From Octopus vulgaris (lineage: Eukaryota): a DNA stretch of 64,000 bases. The stretch is from contig OX597831.1 of NCBI GenBank assembly GCA_951406725.2, positions 50,964,001 through 51,028,000 on the forward strand. Reading direction: 5' to 3'. A program made the position numbers and the translations under genes. Under the pieces are notes generated by a model. The model made no database searches and had not been told where the DNA came from. It saw nothing but the letters and a program-made list of their open reading frames with translations. The number at the start of each line of letters is the position of its first letter. Position 1 is the first letter of the stretch. Below are positions 28,999 to 40,418 of this stretch, piece after piece.

Positions 28999-29123
28999 TG
29001 ACTTACAGCTGTTTCCGGTAGTCATTATTGGTTCGTTATTGATAGGTTTTACACAATCGGTTCATTGTTCGGTTGAGAGAAATTGAACGATCTAAAAAGT
29101 TAATGCTACTTCCGTCAGAGTCA
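28999..29123 (-). ncRNA. Decayed hammerhead motif with long stem II
   Basis: Minus strand: TGACT CTGACGG AAGTAGCATTA...TAATGACTACCG GAAA CAGCTG TA AGTCA. Stem I is perfect and stem III palindromic; position 9 is G and the stem II base is mismatched. Confidence 0.6.
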
Positions 29124-29268
29124 TTTCTGGTTACAACCAAGCAGAATACTGAAGGAATGGTACAGGTATGGAGTGGGGGAGCGAAGAGAGACAATAAGAG
29201 TCAGTATAAGTGAAAGAGAGAGAGGAACGGAGAAGAGAAGTGATGATTTGGAAGAGAACTAAAGGGAA

Positions 29269-29339
<71 letters not shown>

Positions 29340-30049
29340 GAAGAAAGCAAGGAATAGAAAGGATAGAAGAGGAAAGGCATTCGATAGAAAAAGGGACAGA
29401 GAATGGCCGAAATTAAGGAAAGGACAGTTATAATAACATTAGCGTTTGTCACTGGATCATCACACGTGAAAACGTTTGCATTCTTTTCAGTTCAAATATT
29501 ATCCAGACATTGTGAGGAAATTTGATATAGGTCACTTACTTAGATGGTCAATTTAAATCTTTGATATTTGGTCATATGTACTATCCTGCATTTTGGACGA
29601 ATTGCATTAGAAAATGAATGAAAAGTCAGCAGTAACTATATTGTGATGGTAAGGTTGAGAAAGCTTTAGTGAGCTTGGTTATTGGATAGAGAAGGAGAAA
29701 TGTGAGGTTAAAATGAAATAAAATATAGTGCAGTTATTTAAAAACCAAATGAAAATGAAGACCGAATATAATTTTAAATTAAATCAAAAGAATTTAAAAA
29801 AACGAAGGATTAAAATAAAAACTAAAAATTTTAAAAAGTAAAATTAAAGCCTACTAGAAAAAAATTAAAAACTAAAAGAATTAAAAGAATTTTTTAAACA
29901 TATTTTTTAAAAAAAGGTAATAATAATATAATGATAACAGAAAATACATATATAAAATAAAATAAGATTTTAAAAAATTTTAAATTTCAAAATTTCAAAA
30001 TCTAACAGGGATCCGGTTACTCGAAACTGAACGCGTCCTTCGGTACGCA

Positions 30050-31340
30050 AAGACTACAGGGATCGGATTAGTGAACTAGTTAAATGGCAGTTGACTGGGG
30101 CGCTCGTCAACAACCAGTGGTGTTTCTGTGTTTTCTTGTTGATGATGTTGCTGTTGTTGTTGCTGTGAATTGGGCTGCAGTTATATTTTGTGTGTTTGTT
30201 TTTGCTTTGTTCTTGGAGTAAGGCTGTATACCCTCCTCCTCTTACGCCTGTCCCGTTTTGTGATTGTGATCCATGCTCCGGCCTGCTCTTCTTTCTCAAT
30301 GTTATTGCTGTTGTCGTCGGTTTGGAGAGTAGGGTGTTCAGAAGAAGTTTGTTTTGCCTGGGAGGCGGAAGTAAACGCCTTCATTGTTTTGGTTTGGCTA
30401 TCGGGTGTTGGAATCTTGTATTTATAGTGTTGGAAGCAGTGAGTGCTTTGTATTCTTCGCCAGAGGACAGATAGCTTTTAAGTAAGTCACGGATTCACAT
30501 ATGTGGAAGTTGACTTTCTACTCTCCATTATCACTGACAGGTGGGTGCCATCTGGGAGGTCTATCGGGTCAGGTACTTCGTCAATATATGTTTGGTTATT
30601 TCGTATGGTCAGTTTCATACCTATACCTGACCAGTTTTGATGAGGTATTTTCTTTATCTCCAGGATAGTCACCTCTTCCTCTATACCGATTAGGAAGGTC
30701 GCCACCGACCAAATGATGGATATTTCTGGCGGCACGTTTATCGCCCTAACTTTAGCAAGGTGCTAGCCGCGATAACTGGAGATTAAGAAAAGTTTTTCAT
30801 TCTTCAATGTCGTCGCGGAATAAAACCTGACTTCTTCCTCAGTCCCAAATCGCTAACCTTTTTCCTCGAGTGATGTAGTTCTTGTTTCTACACGCACCCA
30901 AGCCATTTTTTAATTAAGGCCTCAGTAGTGTTTTCCATCCGGCACCATTTTTCTCAATGCAGCGGTATGTATGTAACCGAGCATCTCAAAGCGTTTTCTA
31001 TCACACCGGATGGAGTGTTGAGCGCTACTCTTCTCCCGATATTTTCAAGAATTTGTCTGGCCAGCTTTAAATATTTATTTGTACAGAAATCTTCCAAATT
31101 TCTTGCTACACTCACAAAAGAAATCCCTTTTTCAGCATCTCTTGTTGTGGTCTTCTTCTTCTTCTTCTTCTTCTTCTTCTTCTTCTTCTTCTTCTTCTTC
31201 TTCTTCTTCCAGTCAGGACTTACGCCATTAGCCACAAATAATAATCTCTAATTCGAGCCTATTCTAAGCTACTAAGAATGCGTGTGGTAACTTGAAGACC
31301 CACCCACCACACGCGATAGACTAGCAGTTGCACGGGCGCG
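30050..31340 (-). mobile_element. Probable LINE 5' region / ORF1 (gag-like) remnant interrupted by (GAA)n
   Basis: Collinear broken ORFs (MANGVSPDW..., ...DEVPDPIDLPDGTHLSVIMESRK) resemble the segment before the zinc knuckle in L1/Tx1-type ORF1; the knuckle itself is not intact. Confidence 0.45.
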
Positions 31341-31479
31341 AAAGCTACGTTGTTATCCTCATTCCGTAAACGGTGGCTTTTAACGGGTGGAGAGCTGAAC
31401 CATCCAGGGGTACAGAGGATTCGCAATCTAGACTAGGGTCTGAAAGTTTACCACACCATAGTGGGTTACACCATGGTTC

Positions 31480-31685
31480 CTCTGCTTTGTGACAGAAGTA
31501 GGAAGAAAAAGTGAGAGAAAGTTGTAGTGAAAGAGTACAGCGGGGTTCACCAACCCCACCCCACCGGAGCCTCGTGGAGCTTAGGTGCTTTTGTTCAATA
31601 AACACAATGCCCAGTCTGGGAATCGAAACCGCGTTCTTACGACCGCGAGTCCGCTGCCCTAACCACTAGGCCATTGTGCCTCCAT
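31480..31685 (-). mobile_element. SINE family C head and body
   Basis: Minus: GGAGGCACAATGGCCTAGTGGTTAGGGCAGCGGACTCGCGGTCG...GGTTTCGATTCCCAG with A and B boxes; related to 48356-48660 and 54575-54664. Confidence 0.85.
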
Positions 31686-32404
31686 TCTTGTTGTGGTTGT
31701 AACGACTGTAACGACTGTAACGACTGCAGTGGTGGTGGTGGTGGTGGTAGTGGTGGTGGTAGTGGTGGTGGTGGTGGTGGTGGTGGTGTTGGTGGTGGTG
31801 GTGGCAATGGAGACGGTGGTGGTGGCGACGGAGGCGGAGGAGGTGGTGTTCGCGTTTCTTTAAAAATTTTCTTTATTTTTTCCTTCTTTACACTTGTCAA
31901 CTGTATTATTGTTGAAGTCGTCGTAGTCGTCGTCGTCGTCGTCGTCGACGTCATTATTGTTGTGATTGTTGTTGCCGTTGGTGTTAACGAAATTGTCGAA
32001 TGCATCGTTGAATTGTTGATTTGCTGAACTTGTCAAACTTATTGCAGCGACAAAAATGTATTGCTTTCTGTGTTTATTTTCGCTGGCGTGGTGATGACGT
32101 CATTTACTGTAATCAGCACTACGTCAGTATTTTCTTGCTTTGGGGACAAGGAAACGTGTCTTGTCATCGCTCATTATAATTAATTCTTTCTCCGCTATGA
32201 TTTAAAATATTTAGAAAATATCAAAATATTTGCTTTTCAATATACTTCAAGATAGTTTCAAGAATGCTGATGTACGCCGCCTGCAAAACACCGCCATTAA
32301 TCCTTTCGAGGTCGATAAATTAAGTACCAGTGAAACACTAAGGTCGATGTAATCGGCTGGTTCTCTCCACCTAAATTTCAGTCCTTGTGCCTATAGTAGA
32401 AACG

Positions 32405-32470
<66 letters not shown>

Positions 32471-32600
32471 GAGTGAGAGAGCAGTTCATGCCATCAAAGT
32501 GACACTGGGGTAAAATATACGAAGCCCAATATACCCATCATGACTACCCGTCTGATAAGGGCACACCAGGCACATGCATCACAACCATATGTGCGCGACT
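32471..32600. mobile_element. Family E fragment between (ATT)n tracts
   Basis: Same start as 15057 and 37666. Confidence 0.8.
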
Positions 32601-32620
32601 ATTATTATTATTATTATTAT

Positions 32621-32956
32621 TACCTGAGGTAAAAGAACAGCTAAAGCAAGATATCCTTGCCAAAAATACAAGGGATCCACTGGTAAGAGAAAAGCTAACG
32701 TTTATTTGAACAAAACAAACAGTTCAACTCCAACCCCCAAAACTTCTACCAAGAACTTAACAAAAATAAAATAGACATCAATGCAGCACCAACAGCAGAA
32801 TTAGTGGAAGAATTTTGGAAAGAAATATGGTTGGCGAAGGAACTGAGAAAAGGGCTATCAAAACAACGAACTTAGCACCTGAACAACTCTGGACCCTTAT
32901 AACAACTTATGATATCACCCAGGCACTGCAAAAACTAAGCAAAAACTAACAAAAAC

Positions 32957-33011
<55 letters not shown>

Positions 33012-33171
33012 TAGTTTTTGTTAGTTTTTGCTTAGTTTTTGCAGTGCCTGGGTGACCTCTTCAGTTGTTATAGGGGTCCAGAGTTGTTCAGGTGCTAAGT
33101 TCGTTGTTTTGATAGCCCCTTTCTCAGGTTGTTCCTTCGCCGACCATATTTCTTTCCAAAATTCTTCCACT
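32621..33171 (+). mobile_element. R4/Dong-like LINE fragment with inverted duplication around (ATT)n
   Basis: EVKEQLKQDILAK...EQNKQFNSNPQNFYQELNK...PTAELVEEFWKEIW matches the pre-RT region of R4/Dong ORFs; 32803-32958 is mirrored at 33012-33171. Confidence 0.75.
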
Positions 33172-33396
33172 TCTTTCTTTCCTTTACCCTTATTTTCTTT
33201 GTTTTCTTGTTTTCAGTTTTTCTTTTTTCCCTTCTTTCCTCTGTCTTTCTTCCCTTTTTTCTATCACATGACTTTGTAAATGAACAATCTGGTGTTTGTT
33301 TTCATGGCCTACTCATGTATACAGTAAATTTCTTTGCCCTAGGTGTTGGGACGACACTCGGCAAGAAACGAAACAAAATTGAAAGAAGATGATAAT

Positions 33397-33471
<75 letters not shown>

Positions 33472-33499
33472 TTTAATTATAATAATAATGATAATAATA

Positions 33500-33710
33500 A
33501 TCCTCTCTACTATAGGCACAAGACCTGAAATTTGGTGGGCGGGGGCCAGTCGATTAGATTGCCTCCAGTACGCAACCGGTACTTAATTTATCGACCCCGA
33601 AAGGATGAAAGGCAAAGTCGACCTCGGCGGAATTTGAACTCAGAACGTAAACAGACGAAATTCCGCTAAGCATTTCATCCGGCGTGCTAACGATTCTGCC
33701 AGCTCGCCGC
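33500..33710 (-). mobile_element. SINE family B, full length
   Basis: Reverse complement of head, core and tail, with (AAT)n. Confidence 0.92.
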
Positions 33711-33809
33711 TTTCATAATGATGATCATGATCATCATCATGATCATGTTGATGATAATGATGATGATCATGATGATATGGTATTTTATATGATATTTTAC
33801 ATACAGAAA

Positions 33810-34480
33810 TGAAAGAAAATGTTAGAGAGACATTTTGAAAAGAGTAAAACTGATTTTAAAATCCTACCTAAATGCGAGAAATGTAATCGTTGCGATGAAT
33901 ATCTGGGCAGTCGCAGTAGTTCTTTATGGTGCGTCCATTCTCAGGTGAACAGAAATAGATATATCAAAGTTGGACAGAAAGACTAGGAAGTTAATAACGA
34001 TACACGGAGCTTTACACCTTAAAGCAAACATAAATAGATCGTATGTTAAGAGATGGAGTGGTGGTATGGGTTTCGTCCGTGTGGATTATTATATTACGAA
34101 TGAAAGGAGAACGCTTGCAGAATATTTGGTAAATAGTGAACAAGAGTTGTTGCAATATGCACCAGAGGGTATAGGTATAAATCAGGTGAAATGTTTGATA
34201 AGGAAGAATTTAATCAAAGAACTGAAGAGAATAGGAAATAAGATCTCTTACAAATGAGAATGCATGCACAGTTTGAAAGAGATACAGAGGATATCAAAGG
34301 ATAAAACATCAGGGACATGGCTTAAGGCGATTTAAAGCGTACCACTGAAAGCCTTATAATTGCAGCACTTGTTACCAATTTGGTGAAATATAACATCTAC
34401 AAAACTTCTGGCATCCAGAATGCAAAGACAGTGAAAAGAATGGGGAAAATGTAATCCTCTTGGCAATGCGTACGAAAGGT
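33810..34480 (+). pseudogene. R4/Dong-like RT thumb to C-terminal remnant
   Basis: KRVKLILKSYLNARNVIVAMNIWAV...LDRKTRKLITIHGALHLKANINRSYVKRWSGGMGF...MHAQF...TESLIIAA, motifs typical of restriction-like-endonuclease LINEs; contains stops and frameshifts. Confidence 0.85.
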
Positions 34481-35063
34481 ATAGTGACAGGTACCTTTGT
34501 ATCCGACCAGGGGTTGGTTAACTTTTTTAGTTACCACCTCGGTAGTAAGATCAGGCTGGAGAAGAGGTGTCAGTCACGAGATATGTTTGTAAAAAGATAG
34601 AAGTCTGTAGCTTGCAAGCTGGGTATATTTGGCACCAGGTAAGTGTGGCCGGATCAAGAAGTAAAGGTTCTACCCAGATGGCTGGGTTCCTTGCCCTACT
34701 ATGTGATATTAAATTTGTAAACTTTATATTGTAAATACTGTACACATTATATTGTAAAAACTAAAACGTTTTAAGCTACTACGCCTTATATGTTTGTCTG
34801 TATTTGTATGTACCCTCTGTGTAACGCCTTAATGGCGAATTTTCATGAAATAAAGTGGATGTGAGACCCTTAAGCAAAAAGAATACAAACGCCGCTATGT
34901 TAAAGTCTGTTTGTACCATTTTTAGCTTTTATGCTGTAAATAGCAATACGAAGTAACAAAGAACAGGTATAAGCATGTGCCTAGAAAAGTAATGCAGGAG
35001 GATAGGAAAGCAACGATATTCTAGGATAATGAATTTCTGACACATGAGTTTCCATAGGCGACA

Positions 35064-35577
35064 TCTATATATATAAAACCGTAGTTGTGTGAGTGTCTGT
35101 CCCCTTCGATTTAGATTCCTAACTACTCCCACATTTTGCGGTGCAGTTTAACCAAATTCGGGTATCTTATAGTCGTGATTCATATCGAGCCCGTCTGAGT
35201 ATTAACGCGCGTCTACGATGAGTCTACGATTTTAAAAATAATTTAACATCATTTTTTATTCCATTTTAATGCATAATTTTTCGCGTGTCGATGGCGGCGG
35301 AGTTGGCGTCCATGGGTCACACCTGCATCTGTTTGCTTCTCCCCCTTCTTCCCTCCCTCGTGAAGCTGTGGGGAAGGGAGTGTAAGGAAATCAACGTCGT
35401 AAAGCGTTGTCAAGGAGACCAGCGTTCTTTTAGAACAACGACTTCATGGCTTGAAGACACCAAAACAGAAATGGCTAAGAAAGCCCGAATTGGCATCTAT
35501 AAGGGAAGTAACTCTCTAAAAATGCTTATATAGTTATTTCCCTTACAAACCCGAGCAACGCCGGGCGATACTGCTAG
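35064..35577 (+). mobile_element. Complete non-autonomous Helitron (514 bp)
   Basis: A|TCTATATATATAAAAC start; 3' hairpin CCCG-agcaacgc-CGGG then CTAG|T; inserted between A and T with no TSD. Confidence 0.9.
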
Positions 35578-35674
35578 TGAGTAATAAGAGAGTGTAATCG
35601 CTGCGCGCAGCAGGTATTATACACTATACCATTGTGCATTGGCTAGCTGGGCTTTTGGTTGTATATCCAGACTC

Positions 35675-35730
35675 TCCGAATATATGATGATGTGGACACG
35701 GCCTATGTCCACGAAACTAAGTAATGCGGA
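35675..35730 (+). ncRNA. Hammerhead motif, position 3 altered
   Basis: TCCGaatAT ATGATGA T GTGGACA cggccta TGTCCAC GAAA C taa G TA ATGCGGA; 7-bp stem II and GUA triplet. Confidence 0.62.
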
Positions 35731-36007
35731 ACTTAGTCAAAATGTTATTGAATGCAATGTAAATCCAATCAAATGTATTGAGTGCTACTTCAGCTTTGCT
35801 TCTTCACTCACTCGCGTATGTGTGTGTCTCTGTGTGTGTATGTGCTTCTGTGTGTGTGTCTCTGTGTGGTTTTGTATGTGTGCGCGCGCGATACTTGTAT
35901 GTGTGTGTGTGCGTGCACGCGCGTACTTGTGTGTGTGTGTGTGTATGTGGTGTGTGTTTGTGTGTGTGCGTGCGTGATTTGGAATGAGCTCTTGGGGTTT
36001 CATGCTC

Positions 36008-36141
36008 GCTCTTAACCACTACGCCATATGCCCGTGGGCATATGGCGTAGTGTTCCGGCAAATAAGATTCCGAGTTCGATTCGCAGTGACCTGAAGAAGA
36101 AGAAGAAGAAGAAGAAGAAGAAGAAGAAGAAGAAGAAGAAG

Positions 36142-36172
<31 letters not shown>

Positions 36173-36205
36173 TTAAGAAGAAGAAGAAGTCGAAAAATAC
36201 CTTAT
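36008..36205. mobile_element. Truncated second copy of the palindromic tRNA-headed element
   Basis: Same junction CACTACGCCATATGCCC-GT-GGGCATATGGCGTAGTG, B box, (GAA)n and TCGAAAAATACCTTA. Confidence 0.85.
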
Positions 36206-36269
36206 ACTTCTTGAACATGTTAAAAGAAGAATATTTTCAATGTTGAGTGTTCTCATCTAAAAAATAATA

Positions 36270-36905
36270 TACAGTTCTATATTTAAGAGATGAGGAATTA
36301 TGTACATTATTTACATTATTTACATTCGACAGATATTTGTCCTCATTTTGTTTGTTGTTAACACAACGCTTCGGCTGATATACCCTCCAGCCTTCTTCGG
36401 GTGTCTTGGGGAAATTTCGAACCTGGGTCCTCATTCCTATGGTATTTTTTGATATTATTATTATTATTGTTGTTATTGTTATTGTTCAGGTCACTGCTTG
36501 GAATCGAACTTGGAATCTTGGGGTTAGTAGCCCGCGCTCTTAACCACTACGCCATATGCCCGTGGGCATATGGCGTAGTGGTTAAGAGCGCGGGCTACTA
36601 ACCCTAAGATTCCGAGTTCGATTCCAAGCAGTGACCTGAAGAAGAAGAAGAAGAAGAAGAAGAAGAAGAAGAAGAAGAAGAAGAAGAAGAAGAAGAAGAA
36701 GAAGAAGAAGAAGAAGAAGAAGAAGAAGAAGAAGAAGAAGAAGAAGAAGAAGATCGAAAAATACCTTAGGAATGAGAGCCCAGGTTCGAAATTTCCCCAA
36801 GTCACCTGAAGAAGGCTGGAGGGTATATCAGCCGAAACGTTGTGTTAACAACAAACAAGATGAGGACAAATATCCGTCAAATGTAAATAATGTAAATAAT
36901 GTAAA
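36270..36905. mobile_element. Head-to-head palindrome of a tRNA-headed, hammerhead-tailed element
   Basis: Arms ~36300-36561 and 36564-36905 with a 2-nt spacer. Each arm has A box TGGCGTAGTGG, a B box (GAGTTCGATTCC in the right arm), a microsatellite, an HHR and an (ATGTAAATA)n tail. Confidence 0.9.
36803..36844 (+). ncRNA. Minimal hammerhead ribozyme
   Basis: CAC CTGAAGA A GGCTG gagggtatat CAGCC GAAA CG TT GTG; the mirror copy at ~36360-36405 (-) extends stem I (GACAC/GTGTT) but has two core changes. Confidence 0.78.
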
Positions 36906-37049
36906 AAATAATATGCCTAGAGAGAGTAGTCAAACGGGGAAATGTTAAAGTCCGTTAATCTGTGTTTTTAGCCCGGTGAGACGGAGGGCATCTTCCAGTT
37001 CGATGAAAGAAACTTGTGAAAATCTCTGATCTTAAGTCTAGAAAGTCAA

Positions 37050-37333
37050 TGTTACCGTTCATATTTCCGGTTCGTTAAAATGCAGTACCAGTCAAGTACC
37101 GGGCTCGATGCTGCCGACTAACCCACTGACCTCAAAATTGCTGACTTTGTACTTAAATCAATAACCATTTTATTGGTTTCAAATCCCCTCAAGATTAAGT
37201 TCGTATTTCGTTTCGTCTTGTTTTCTTTTATCCAGCCAGACTCGATAAAATAATCTACCAAGTAAGTGTAGGTGTCAATGTAATCCACTTGCCTCTCCCT
37301 TCAGAATTGCTGGACTTGAACCTAAATCAGACA

Positions 37334-37380
<47 letters not shown>

Positions 37381-37589
37381 CATTATTATTAGAGCAGCGA
37401 GCTGGCAGAATCGTTAGCACGCCGGGCAGAATGCATTGCGGTATTTCGTCCTTCTTCATGTTCTGAGTTCAAATTCCGCCTTTTGGGGTCGACAAAATAA
37501 GTACCATTTACGCACTGGGGTCGATGTAATCGACTTAATCACATCCCCAAAATTTGAGGCCTTGTGCTTCCAGTGGAAAGGAGTATTAT

Positions 37590-37664
<75 letters not shown>

Positions 37665-38222
37665 TGAGTGAGAGAGCAGTGCATGCCATCAAAGTGACAT
37701 TGGGGTAAAATATACGAAGCCCAGTATACCCATCATGACTACCTGTCTGACACCAGGCACATTCATCACAAGCATATGTGTGTGACATAGTGATCTCATA
37801 TCAAGATAAACAGCACATGACCTTGCAGGTGGGGCCCAGTTAGAATTTTCTTCTGGTCGAGTAACCCAATCCGCTCAAACGGTCCCTGAATAAGGGTTGT
37901 TTAAGGATGTTGACCGAAACACCCATGTTTCCAAAGGTGAATTATTCAAACCCCAAAGAATCCCTCTCAACACATGGCTATGATGCTCCCTCACTACTTC
38001 TGCTCGTGATCAGAGATGCACATATCGTCAGCCACTAAGGAACATGCTCAATTGGTTATAGTCAAACAACTGACAAGCAAATATGTGGTATTGAGCAAAA
38101 TATTTGCTGTAGCCCATCTTTTATACCAAGACAAAACAATGTACATGATAACACTTCCAATCAATTAAGATCAGAAGCCATGAGAGCCACTGGCATTTAT
38201 AATCATTATTATTATTAGTAGT

Positions 38223-38270
<48 letters not shown>

Positions 38271-38506
38271 ATCATTATTAGGGCGGCGAGCTGGCAGAAT
38301 CGTTAGCACACCGGGCAAAATGCTTTGCGGTATTTCGTCCTTCATGTTCTGAATTCAATTCCGCTAATTCGATTTTGCCTTACATCCTTTTGGGGTCGAT
38401 TAAATAAGTACCAGTTACGCACTGGAGTCGATGTAATCGACTTAATCCCTTCCCCAAAAGTTTGAGGCCTTGTGCTTCGAGCGGAAAGGACTATTATTAT
38501 TATTAT

Positions 38507-38556
<50 letters not shown>

Positions 38557-38743
38557 TCATTAGTATCATTATCATCATCATCATCATCATCATCATCGTC
38601 CGTCTGTAAAATTTGAGTTCAAATGCCACCGGGGTCGACTAAGCCTTTCATTCTTTGGAGTCGGATAAAATAAGTACCAGTAATTGACTTACAACTTCCT
38701 CCGAAATTTCTGGCCTTGTACCAAAATTTAAAACCGTTATTAC

Positions 38744-38790
<47 letters not shown>
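37050..38790 (+). mobile_element. Cluster of SINE B copies plus the longest family E copy (37666-38197)
   Basis: B heads at ~37393 and 38281, partial cores elsewhere, separated by trinucleotide repeats. Confidence 0.85.
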
Positions 38791-38793
<3 letters not shown>

Positions 38794-39772
38794 GCGTAAA
38801 AGCTACAGTGAATCAAGGGAATAGACGTTGATAAGTGCATTAAAACTCTACACCTCTGAGTAACAGTTGAAAAGCGTGTTACATGCTACCAAGTCATCAT
38901 CAATTTCAATGGGCGGCTGTAGTATGTATGTATGAATGTGTATATATGTATGCATGAATGTGTATATATGCGCATGCATGTATATGTATGGATGCATGTA
39001 TGCATGTATGCATGTATGTATGCATGTATGCATGTATGTATGCATGTATGCATTCATATATGTATGCACTTGTATGTACGAATATGTATGTATGCATATA
39101 TGTACGTGTATACATCCAACCGTACATGTTTGAGTATGTATGTATGTATATGCATGTATGCAGAGATGTGTGTGCGTGAAATTGTGTTTGTACATCCGCC
39201 GTTCCATTAATATTTTACTTCACTTGCTCTGAAATCCAGAAATGCTGACAAAAATCAATAAGCGACAATACCCGTTCACCTAAATGAGACAACTATTGGG
39301 ACACTTCAGAATCTGAAATTCTCATTTGGTTTCCATATGTCGACAATCGTTCTGAAATATGAAACAATAAATAGTAGATAATTCTGCTGGAACTTTGTCA
39401 AACCTGACTTTTAACAATTGGTGTTCGCCTTACGTTGCTTTAAAAAAACATTATAGAAACGTATACGAACCTATGACACGAGTATCTTATTTTACAAGAT
39501 TACAATTAGTAATCGATTTATTGTAGACGTAATGTTTACATCAGCTGCAAGGTGAAATTATATTGCACCGACCGTTGTTTTATTGGTCTTGTTCCAGAAT
39601 GGAACGTCAATTTTTATTACACCTGTATATTATTCCTGATTATTTGGTATAATAAGCTACACTATTCTTTATTTATAGGACTAACTATTCGCCCCTCGGC
39701 ACTTTTGTTCATATAATAAATGCATGTGTGTGTCTGTGTGTCTGTGTATGTGTATGCATGTAGGTATGAATA

Positions 39773-39824
<52 letters not shown>

Positions 39825-40104
39825 AGTGTATGTGTCCCATTTTATATGCATATATGCATCACATTTTCTCGGTTCGGATTATGGTTGTTTTCAAATTTTA
39901 TATATGATAATTCGTGTTCTCAGGATATTATATAGTATTATGGTATATACGCTTCCTCAGCAGCTTCTTAACAATGTACTGTCAGCAATACAGTTGTTTT
40001 TTTTCTTTTCTTTCTGCGCAACTAATCGCAATAAAGTCCCTAGAAAGTTAGTCAATGAGCATAATACGTAGATGTTCTATTAGTTTAATGCTTAAATATA
40101 TTAT

Positions 40105-40332
40105 TTCTTTACTACCCACAAGGGGCTAAACACAGAGGGGACAAACAAGGACAGACAAAGAGATTAAGTCGATTACATCGACCCCAGTGTGTAACTGGTA
40201 CTTAATTTATCGACCCCGAAAGGATGAAAGGCAAAGTCAACCTCGGCGGAATTTGAACTCAGAAAGTAGCGACAGGCGAAATACCGCTAAGAATTTCGCC
40301 CGGCGTGCTAACGTTTCTGCCAGCTCGCCGCC
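40105..40332 (-). mobile_element. SINE family B, full length with TSD
   Basis: Flanked by the direct repeat TTTAATGCTTAAATATAT at ~40084-40101 and ~40334-40351. Confidence 0.93.
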
Positions 40333-40364
40333 TTTTAATGCTTAAATATATACAAACATATGTA

Positions 40365-40418
<54 letters not shown>

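Noticed and set aside
31415-31490. HDV-like ribozyme on the minus strand (CAGAGGA...GCGAA TCCTCTG)
   Set aside because: P2 and J4/2 look plausible, but I could not build P1, a valid L3 or P1.1.
31637-32027. Pro-rich and Gly-rich ORFs as host proteins
   Set aside because: Low-complexity trinucleotide tracts that run into a SINE head; no splice or domain evidence.
34480-34930. Possible solo LTR
   Set aside because: No clear TG...CA termini or TSD could be identified.
36564-36636. Possible tRNA gene (loop CT-ACT-AA)
   Set aside because: Acceptor and T stems pair poorly, there is no oligo-T terminator, and it is embedded in a repeat unit; treated as a SINE-type head.
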